Below the pieces are notes generated by a model. The model saw only the letters and a list, made by a program, of their open reading frames with translations, was not told the DNA's origin and made no database searches. From Amoeboaphelidium protococcarum X5 (Eukaryota > Fungi > Aphelidiomycota), in the NCBI GenBank assembly GCA_023515725.1, contig JALDTO010000243.1, positions 1 to 11,238 on the forward strand: a DNA stretch of 11,238 nt, written 5' to 3'. Every line of letters begins with the position of its first letter. Position 1 is the first letter of the stretch. Below, in pieces: positions 1 through 8,540 of this stretch. A program made the translations under genes and the position numbers.

Positions 1-208
1 GGTAAGGGCAAGGTGAACTTGAAGGGTGCTGATGGCCAACTGAATGTGAGACCGACTGAAGTTTTCATGTGCAGTGTTGTCATGCGTCAAGGTTATGGTG
101 AAGGTAAGTTGACTCGATATTTTAATGAGTAACTACTATTACTTCTTCAATTGTTTGTATGTTCCATCAAGTGTAGGATTCAGATGGATGAGCTAGTACA
201 TCAACTGA
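1..208 (+). CDS. SAR1: Sar1 small GTPase (COPII), 3' part only; exons 1-103 and 177-208
   Basis: Spliced translation [40 protein letters not shown](TAG=Q)YIN-TGA matches the conserved Sar1 C-terminus (RPxEVFMCSV..RQGYGEGFRWLSQYI). TAG at 194-196 occupies the conserved Gln. Stop is TGA at 206-208. The 5' end lies outside the window. Confidence 0.96.
104..176 (+). other. Spliceosomal intron in SAR1 (73 nt, phase 1)
   Basis: GTAAGT donor at 104 and TGTAG acceptor ending at 176. Removing it restores GYGEGFRW. Confidence 0.93.
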
Positions 209-957
209 GCACAGTTCGCGGATCCATCAAGTATGAATAATAAATATCATCAGAGTTCTTATCTTGCATATGTTTTTTGGGATAGTAAAAAGTTCAATTG
301 TTAGCAGCTTTCATGTTATTTTCGCTGATATGTACGATACAAGTCTACAGTGGTGCGTTTTGAACTAATATGTTCAATAGCGAGCCACCTACTCTAGGTG
401 TCACAAGGATAGACAAACGAGAGAACATACGAGCATGATTTGTCTACAATGTTTAATGCGCGAACAGCAGATTACAAATAATCATAAACTGAACCCTTGA
501 ATTATTAATTACAACATTTATACTATAGCGACACCAAAACAGCTTTTTAACTTCCTGTCGCGTAATAGGGATCGCTTTGGAGTATCATATCATTGCAGTG
601 CTGTCTCATACACACACATACTGGTTTCATAATATTGAGAAGGTTCCTGTGTCGAATAGAATAAAACGTTATTGTTTTCACAGCAAAATTCACAATATCT
701 GATCCCAGAGATGATGAAAAAGTTCTCAATTTACTGTTACATACGCATACCTGACGGGGAAGCGTTGTTGAGCAAAGGTCACAATGGCTCTCTAATTAAA
801 GCTTTCTGGAGGCCGTTGTTATGGAAATATATCAACTGGTCTGAAAGATACCAGTTGTCACGTATGTAAATGAATTTTAAATTTTAATCATAGATAAGAA
901 TTATAATACTAAAGTCAGTCACAAGAGTAGCTAAAATATATCAAGAGGAGAATATAG

Positions 958-2106
958 ATGGTCATCTTGCGAAAGAGATTGGTATTTGTGATCTCCGCTC
1001 TGATGATCTTAATTGTTGTCTATTCAATTTAGCTTCTGCCAGATGTTGGGCCTAATTTTAAATCATTCCATCGACCAGGTTCTAATTAAAATATTGCTGT
1101 CAACAGGAGGAATGATACTGCTGCCTCTGGTCCTTTACATTACTCCAAGCTTCCTGAGGTGACTGCAGCTGTCGTGTATCTGATAGCTCATCATGAAGAG
1201 AATAATTTTCGTAAAAGTGTCAAGATGACTCTGGACAATTTTATATCCCTCAGCGACCACAAAAAGTACCCAGTAATCGCTCTATACGAAGATAATTACC
1301 CGAAGAGCGACCTAGACGCGCTAATCAAGGACACCACGTCTATGTATAATGCCAAAGGATGTACGCTCGTGTATCAGAAGATCAAGTTTACATTCCCGAA
1401 GCATTACGATTAAAAAACTCAGATTGCGATCAACTTTGCATATCCTAATTACAATTTCATGATACATCTGTGGTTTATGGATATTTTTTAGATGGAGCGT
1501 ATTAAAGATCTAGAGTACTATTGGCGGTTGGACACTGACTCGTTTATACACAATAAGGTGTATGTTGATCCGTTTCGTTTCATGAAGCACCAGGGCATTA
1601 AATACGGATATAGAGATGATACTGTGCGTGATGTTGATCGGGTCACTGTCGGAATGCTGGAAGCCGTTGATAGGTGGTTAGAGGGACATGTTCTTGCGCG
1701 TAGTTTATCCCGTCAGAATGATATGGAACTACCAGCTGTGGACGAGCGGGAAGGCTATGGGCCTTTGATGATTTACACCAACTTTGAGATTGCGCATGTA
1801 CCAACCTTTTAGAACCGAGCCAAGAACGAAAAGGTGTAATTACAGGATGGGAGTATCATGCAGACTGCGGATCGAAATAAGTAACTTGTGGAATTTGCTG
1901 ATTACATTGATCGTACGAACAGAATATTCACTCATCGATGGGGTGACGCGCCTCTGCGGTACTACCAGCTCAAGATGCTATTCTCCTGGGAGAAGGAGGT
2001 GTGGAAGTTTTGCGCTGTCGATTATGAGCATGCTCATCATAATAAACGCTTCGAGCCTTGTGTAGACGACATTGCGCTGAATTCAATTGTATGGAGAGAT
2101 GATTGA
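958..2106 (+). CDS. Glycosyltransferase family 15 (KRE2/MNT1/KTR-like alpha-1,2-mannosyltransferase), copy 1, 382 aa in code 6
   Basis: A single frame joins track ORFs 1159-1413, 1492-1812 and 1888-2106 through 7 in-frame TAA/TAG (1030, 1087, 1411, 1489, 1810, 1837, 1882) with no TGA until 2104-2106. N-terminal type II anchor MVILRKRLVFVISALMILIVVYSI. GT15 motifs YYWRLDTDS, DPFRFM..KYGY, YTNFEI, RWGDAP. Confidence 0.9.
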
Positions 2107-2245
2107 CTTCACTCGCAATTCAATGTAGATTTTATGAATCTTTGAAACGTGCATTATAATATTGTCTCACCGTCCATAATCTAGTTTCACGTTTGACTTT
2201 TGTTGCTTATTACACCAACTACCATTCACCATTATCTGAATTATA

Positions 2246-2770
2246 ATGGAACAAATTGAATCTAAAACTTTTAAGAAATTGAAATTGAAATTTGCTGTCT
2301 TTACCTGTTTAAGCCCAAATATATAAATGAATGGGCAATTATTAATTTTCGATGATATTCCCGGTTTACCTTTGTGAAAATTCCATGTAAATGATGAAAC
2401 TGCCTCACAAGGCGCGTCTCTGTTTGTCTATTATCGACTGTACAATGCTGGTGTAAAGTTCAATGATACAGACTTGATTTACTAAAGTGCCACTGATTTT
2501 GGTGTTTAGAATAATTGTCTGCAGTTATATAATTCTACGCTGCTATCAGGTATGCAAGATATGGTGTTTTAGAAGATCCATTGTCGACGCTTTATCTCTT
2601 GGATCAGCGATGTCATGAAATTCAACAGTGATCAAGAACGACTCTTCGTTTCAAGCACATCATTACGCGTCCTGATCAAGCATTTATAAGGAGTATATAG
2701 GCATTCTAATCTGAGGTCCGAAAATCAGTAGATACTCCAGTAATCTCTTTAAACGACAGAAATTTGTTGA
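2246..2770 (+). pseudogene. Orphan ORF relic A (unknown protein, 174 codons in code 6 with one internal TGA at 2375-2377)
   Basis: Reads MEQIESK...LSPNIQMNGQLLIFDDIPGLPL*KFHVNDETASQGASLFVYYRLY... and aligns without gaps to relic B at 4399 (19/39 identical residues in the core). The frame stays open from 2378 to TGA at 2768-2770. Confidence 0.6.
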
Positions 2771-2945
2771 TCGTGGACAGCTTAGCTGATGGATTTTTGA
2801 CTGTTGTCGCCCAGAGTTAACTTTAGTGCACGGTGCGTTGTGATTAAGGGATTTTTCAGGGCCGCGCTCTACATTGTATCTTTCGGTAAGACACTTTCAA
2901 GTTCCACTTTTTTAGGATCATTCGCGCATAGGAAGGGAAGTTATT

Positions 2946-4081
2946 ATGGTTACTTAGAGGAAAAGTCTGATAGCTATATTCTCTGTGGTATTGGTCATTA
3001 TAGTTGTCTACTCACTTAAGCTTTTGCCAGATGTTGGACGAAGTTTCAAATACTTACGCCGATTCGGATATTACAATCTATACAAGAAGAATGGTAGTAT
3101 ACCAGGAGCCTTACATTATTCGAAGCTTCCTCAAGCGACGGCAGCAGTGGTGTACCTGATTGCTCATCATGAAGAAGACAACTTTAGGAAAAGTGTTTTG
3201 ATGACTCTGGATAATTCATAAATCTAAATGACCACAAAAAGTACGCGGTAATAGCTCTCTATGAAGATAACTATCCGAAAAGCGATTTGTATGCGCTCAT
3301 CAAGGACACAGTCTATGAGTTTGAGGCCAAAGGATGTAAACTTATCTATTAGAAGGTCAATTTTACCTTCCCGTCGCATTATGATTAAAAGTCCGAGATT
3401 GCGGTTAACTTTGCATACCCGGGCTACAATTTTATGATACATCTGTGGTTCATGGACATATTTTAGACGGACCGTATTAAGGATCTGGAGTATTACTGGC
3501 GTCTAGACACTGACTCTTTCATACACAACAAGGTGTATGCCGATCCGTTCCGCTTTATGAAGTACAAGGGCATCAAGTATGGATACAGAGATGACAATAG
3601 ACGCGACAATAATTTTGTAACGGTCGGAATACCGGATGCTGTTGATAAGTGGTTAGATGGACATGTACTTGCGCGTAATCTATCCCGTCAGAATGATATG
3701 GAACTACCAGCAGTTGACGAGCGGGAAGGTTATTGGCCTCTAATGATGTACACCAACTTTGAGATTGCGCATATACCAACCTTTTAAAATAAAGCCAAGA
3801 ACGAAAAGGTGTAGTTACAGGATGGGAGTATCATGCAGACTGCGGATCGGAATAAATAAATTGTAGAATTTGCTGACTACATTGATCGTACGAACAGAAT
3901 ATTCACTCACCGATGGGGTGACGCGCCTCTACGGTATTATTAGCTCAAGATGCTATTCTCTTGGGAGAAGGAGGTGTGGAAGTTTTGCGCTGTGGATTAT
4001 GAGCATGCGCATCATAATAAACGCTTCGAGCCTTGCGTAGACGACATTGCGCTGTAGTCAATCATATGGATTGATGTTTGA
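2946..4081 (+). pseudogene. GT15 mannosyltransferase copy 2 (about 378 aa) with a single-base deletion near 3215-3217; recent pseudogene or sequencing error
   Basis: Starts at ATG 2946 (MVT(TAG)RKSLIAIFSVVLVIIVVYSL). Collinear with copy 1, but AAT TC ATA replaces copy 1 AAT TTT ATA, which shifts the frame. The downstream frame keeps all motifs (YYWRLDTDS, YTNFEI, RWGDAP) and ends at TGA 4079-4081, aligned with the copy 1 stop. Confidence 0.85.
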
Positions 4082-4398
4082 CTTCACTGGTCTTTGAATT
4101 CTTTTTCTTTTATTATGAAAGAAATATAGTCTTACAATGTTATGTTCCATTACTCCACTACAGCGCTTTGATTTGTCAGTATAACTTCTGTTGCTTCAAC
4201 TATCATGATTTATGGGTCATGTTACGTGACATTGACGTGTCAGTGTTAAAGTATGAGTCAATGCTGTGACAATTAAGCGCAAACTGTCAGCTCATTTCTC
4301 TTTTCAAAAGCAGAACAAACTCTGCTTTAAATAGTTTGGGCTATAAGGGAATACAATAATATTGCTTCTACATTTGTGGCACTCATGAAGCATTATTA

Positions 4399-4885
4399 AT
4401 GGACTAATCACGTTTAAAACCCCAATTGGACCGAGTTAGTAACTTGCATCCTCTTCCTACTCTTATCCCAAATACGAAAATGGATAGGTAGATATTAAAG
4501 CCTGACGATATACGCGATTTGCTTGTTGAAAAATTCAATGTGACAATTGAAACTGCCGCGAAGTACGCGCAACTGTTGGTAAATTATCGTCAGTATAGTG
4601 ATAATATCAGATATACTGATGAGGTGTCACTTTCTGAATGGAAATGAGTGGTCACTGGAAGTTAAAAGAAACGTGTGTATCTTTGATGAAGATAAGATCA
4701 AAGAGATCGGCTAACTTACCCAGTTGAGTCGATAGTATGATTTACTGGAGGCACCAGTCGCTGAAAATTACTCTAAAATTATCCGCTGCTTCCCTCCTCA
4801 GTAGTCAAGTTATCATTAGACTGTAGTAACGTAGATGATATTCTACGAAAAAGATTAGTTGGTCTTATCTACCTAGATTGAATGA
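4399..4885 (+). pseudogene. Orphan ORF relic B (paralogue of relic A); first frame ends at TGA 4645-4647, with a possible frameshifted continuation to TGA 4883-4885
   Basis: MD(TAA)SRLK...LIPNTKMDR(TAG)ILKPDDIRDLLVEKFNVTIETAAKYAQLLVNYRQY. The two ATGs are 81 nt apart, as in relic A. The extent beyond 4647 is tentative. Confidence 0.55.
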
Positions 4886-5225
4886 AACTCGTTAATTTAA
4901 AAATAAACTACTAAGTTCATGTTAAATTTTCTCTTCTTCCCTTTACAGTATATGGTTTGACTCGCGTGGCGGTGTTCTCTCATTGATGATGTTTCCCAAA
5001 ACGGAAATCCGATCCTGGGTGGTCGGTCCCTTAGCGACGGAAACTCGTGAAAATCGGTGGCCCCTGCTACTGTTTAATTGGGCGGCATTGAACAGTCATT
5101 TACTCCTGATCAGGTGGATTTTTCAGAGTATATTAACAGCTAGGTGGTCATTCAGCATAGTCCGACACTTTTTATTTTCAAAAGAATTAATTTGGACCCT
5201 GCACTGAGTGTAAATAAGTTTGATC

Positions 5226-7802
5226 ATGAATTCGTTGCTTCATCTAGTGTTTTATTTCAAAGTCTTGTTTTGGTCCATGGTACCGGTGCTTTGCGGGGTA
5301 TACCTAGCCTGGAGATTCGCTGATGCTGTTATTCATAATAGATAGATGCAATTAGGACTGTTTATACTCTTGGATTTCTATGTCCTGTGCGAATTACTGT
5401 TTTACATCTATTTTGTAAAGACCAAGAAGCGATTACAGAATTACGTGCCTCCATCTCTACTTGGTCACAGAGCATCTGATTACGATGGTCATCATCGCGG
5501 CTAGGGAAGGATGAAGGGAATTGCCACTAAAGAGGAGAGATGGAACCTATTTGTGAAGTGCATGAACACCGTCCACCTGGAAAAGTATCGCCACCCTGCT
5601 GCTGATCTGTAAAGCGGTAATGACGTTAATTTCAACGCTGTGTATTAATATCTTGCTGGATGGTTTTATTATGTCGACCCGTCGCTGAATAAAAATGCAG
5701 ATTACAGTCGAAGAGTTCTAGATCCATCTGAAATATATATGGATAACGTTTTGGAGTTTATTGGATGGGCATTTTTCATGGAGGATTACCATCTGCTAAA
5801 GAAGTTGGCCAGCGGAGATTTTAATTTTGATGCTGAAGGAGAGCAGTAATCCATGTCAAATTTGGGATAGACGTTGAAGCATCTAGACTCTACCGATACT
5901 TAGCGCAAGGCTTAGGACCTTCTAGATGAAATGAAAGAAATGCTCAACTACGCCGCCATCAATTACTCATCAGAGCCCCTGTATTGGCAGCCTGGTTTCA
6001 ATCCGAATATCAAATCCATCAGACTCACCCTGGATGAAGTTTAGGCTATTCATAAACCTCTTCTGTATTACTCGATTATTGCAGTATGTCATGGTCTATT
6101 CGCGTTTGTTGTCACTCGATTCTGGGGCTTTACAAGAGGGGATGCTACTGGTGTTAAAACTCCATACTATTATAGGCCACCACTAAAGGAGATCGCTGGT
6201 GGAGATAAAGCTAACACAGTAAGTCCTCTTTTTATCCAACATGGTATAGGCGCTGGCGTGTTTGGGTATGCTCCGATGCTGTGGAATCTTTTAAAGTACT
6301 GTCGTGACTCTGTGCGTGATCCTGACAATGCTCAGTATCGTCATCTTGAGAATACTCCAATATTTCTGTTGGAAATCAACAGCGTATCATCTCTATTCTA
6401 TCCCTTGTACCATGATAAGATTGAAGATTTTGTTGGGGTTCATGAGATGGCTGACGATGTAGAAAAGATTTTATTTCACCATGGTTATTTCACTGAGGTG
6501 ACTCCGCGGGACCCTTCGGATAAAGATCAAGACCTTTTGAGTACTCCTATAAGTGAAGGTGGTGTTCGTAAGCGATCCTCCTTTATAGCCAAATCCAAAC
6601 AGCTGATAACTAGAAAGTTTTTGGGAAAGTCGGATATTAAAGCGTCAGCCGTTGATCAAAATGCCACTACCATCTAGTAATAGCCATTTACTATTAAGCT
6701 GCCTATGAGCATAACATATGTTGGCCACTCCCTAGGCACTACCTATCTCTCTGCTCTTATGCAGAAGACTTATCAGTATAAAGCGGATGGTGTGAATTAT
6801 CACAATTTGGTAAAGCACGGTATCCTAGTAGATCCAGTCTGCTTCCTCCTTCATCACTCAGATGTTGCATACAACTTTATTCATAGACTTCCTATGTCGT
6901 TCTCTTAGATTGTACGTCAACTGCTGTCCTTTAAAGGTTTCCAGAGTGGTGCCATAGTTACGTCAAAGTAGCAGAGATATCGTGCCAATTGGAAGTGGGT
7001 CGAACTGTTACTTTATAATTTTGCATCAAAGGAGCTTTATATAAGCTGGACACTGGGAAGATGCTTCTACTGGCATTAGAAAGTCATATTTAAGGAAGAT
7101 ATTCCACGTAATGTTAAAGTAAGTGTTGTGTTGGGCGAAGACGATGCTATAGTCAATGCTGAGTTGATTCGCGCATATCTCCACTCTGATGGCGACGATG
7201 ACTTTGACTGTAATTACAATCTGGTGCCGTCTGATGCTTTGAATCAATTTAAAGTATTGCGAAATGGTGCTGATGGCTACGTTGGCTCCAACTTGTCTTT
7301 GTATTACTACGAGGGGAAGAATCATGCTCACTTTCTATTTTCACCTCCGATGGAACGATAAGTTCTCCAGGTGATGCTTTAAGGTTATGAACAAGTGGAT
7401 GATAATATTGAGGTGTCTTCTTCTAGTGTAGTACGTTCAAGTGCAGATATTATTAACTAAGCTCACGTAAATTCCACTGATTGCAATGTGGGTGTTTAGC
7501 AAAAGCATTTGAACGCGTAGTAAATGTAATAGACTGACTACTAATAGCCGCCGCTATCAACAAAGTTTAACTCATACATGGTGGATATCATCCCGTAGTT
7601 TATCTGGAATCCTATGCTGTCCGTGTTTAATACTGCACCTCCTCACCCGACTCTTAACTTCAAATCATCATAATACCCTCTAAGTGGTGGTGATGCTGGA
7701 CCTCCAAGTGTGTCTGTAAGATCAGCGTCAAGTGCAAGCTTTCTAGTAGATAGTAGCCTTCCATCGCTAATGTCTGAAGATAATTAATACCAAGATATAT
7801 GA
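5226..7802 (+). CDS. Membrane-anchored alpha/beta-hydrolase fold protein, 858 aa in code 6
   Basis: One TGA-free frame from ATG 5226 to TGA 7800-7802 joins track ORFs 6258, 6705 and 7128 across about 28 TAA/TAG. Two N-terminal hydrophobic segments, oxyanion motif HGIG (6240-6251), nucleophile elbow GHSLG (6723-6737), LVDPVCFLL, candidate acid in LGEDDAIV (7131-7154), candidate His in GKNHAH (7323). The tail after about 7380 is low complexity. Substrate unknown. Confidence 0.88.
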
Positions 7803-7988
7803 GAGTATCGCTACCAATGCATAGAGAATGAGACAGTATAGCTGTAGCAGTGTTTAGTTTAATGTTCAGTGTACGTTTATTCATCATCATTAAATCTTTA
7901 GTTCTAATCTACTTTACCAACACTATTTTTATTAATCGCTCCATCCCAATCTCATACTTAAGTCATAAATCAGTGAACTGAAAGTTGG

Positions 7989-8358
7989 TCATAACTCTTG
8001 ATTAGGATCTTCTAGAGGAGATGCATCTGGATCTGGTCCGGCGAATTGTTTCAAAATCTCTGGTAGATCAGTGTCATTAGTAACATTCAACTTTGGCTAA
8101 GGACTGCCAAATCCATACAGAGAAAATAGAATAAAGGCAAACAGTGCAGCGATAACAATCAGTCCAGGGATAACATACTTTCTTGCCACCTACATTCAAT
8201 CTCGTCATCATCTATTAACATTATGTCGTTTACAACAAGTGTGAAAATGGATAATATCAAACCTCGTGTGCTCTTTTGTTCGCTTCAATCCTGGCCAACT
8301 TTTACTGCCTATTCTCTCTGGACTCCTTCTAACTCGAAATCTATTTAGTTTTTGGCAT
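7989..8358 (-). CDS. Small single-pass membrane/coiled-coil protein, SMCO4-like, 98 aa; exons 8358-8263 and 8189-7989
   Basis: MPKTKQISSQKESRENRQQKLARIEANKRAHE|VARKYVIPGLIVIAALFAFILFSLYGFGSPQPKLNVTNDTDLPEILKQFAGPDPDASPLEDPNQEL-TGA, with four of the Gln encoded by TAA/TAG. A charged helical N-terminus followed by V[IL]P and a TM helix resembles SMCO4. The family call is from recall. This gene is absent from the supplied ORF track. Confidence 0.75.
8190..8262 (-). other. Spliceosomal intron (73 nt, phase 0)
   Basis: GAG|GTTTGA donor and TGTAG|GTG acceptor. Left unspliced, the frame hits TGA immediately. Splicing joins the charged helix in frame to the TM segment. Confidence 0.75.
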
Positions 8359-8540
8359 CTTCAAATATAAATCTAACGATTACTACTTTACTGAATGTTT
8401 TTATTAGAAAGTTATATCAAATAACTTGGGCGAATAAAGAGTTAAGTTGAATGATGCTGCGTTTGTTTGATCTAAAGACTATCAGGATAATTCAAATAAA
8501 AACACAGTCAAGTAATTTCAATACATTTATTTCTTTGAGT

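Larger units (their letters stand above)
958..4885 (+). repeat. Diverged direct tandem duplication of an approximately 2-kb unit (GT15 gene plus orphan ORF)
   Basis: 958-2113 is homologous to 2946-4088, and both stops are followed by CTTCACT. 2246-~2470 is homologous to 4399-~4620. Confidence 0.8.

Noticed and set aside
167-177. ATCAAGTGTAG matches part of U2 snRNA
   Set aside because: It is the SAR1 intron acceptor, and the flanks do not match U2.
601-619. CTGTCTCATACACACACAT resembles the Tn5/Nextera mosaic end
   Set aside because: Four mismatches in 19 nt, partly explained by a short CA run. No partner end or adjoining adapter.
833-857. Inverted repeat CAACTGGT...ACCAGTTG
   Set aside because: Isolated 8-bp stem that is expected by chance, with no supporting context.
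547-869. Track ORFs 547-729 (-) and 672-869 (+), and a possible third orphan relic here
   Set aside because: No recognisable motifs, and both use non-ATG starts. Only a weak KKFSI versus EKFNV resemblance to the relics, with no sustained alignment.
2375-2377. Internal TGA as selenocysteine or readthrough
   Set aside because: Aligns with Glu rather than Cys in the paralogue. No redox motif or recognisable SECIS.
1784-3779. Track ORFs 1784-2065, 2804-3019, 3224-3442 (-) and 3573-3779 (-)
   Set aside because: Alternative-frame or antisense shadows of the GT15 genes.
4984-5130. Hammerhead ribozyme (TGATGA...GAAA...TC) or TPP riboswitch (CCTGATCAGG)
   Set aside because: Hammerhead stem I cannot form and the core is imperfect. 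The remaining TPP consensus elements are absent.
4078-5207. Track ORFs 4078-4269 and 4983-5207
   Set aside because: Short, TTG-started and motif-free. Treated as intergenic.
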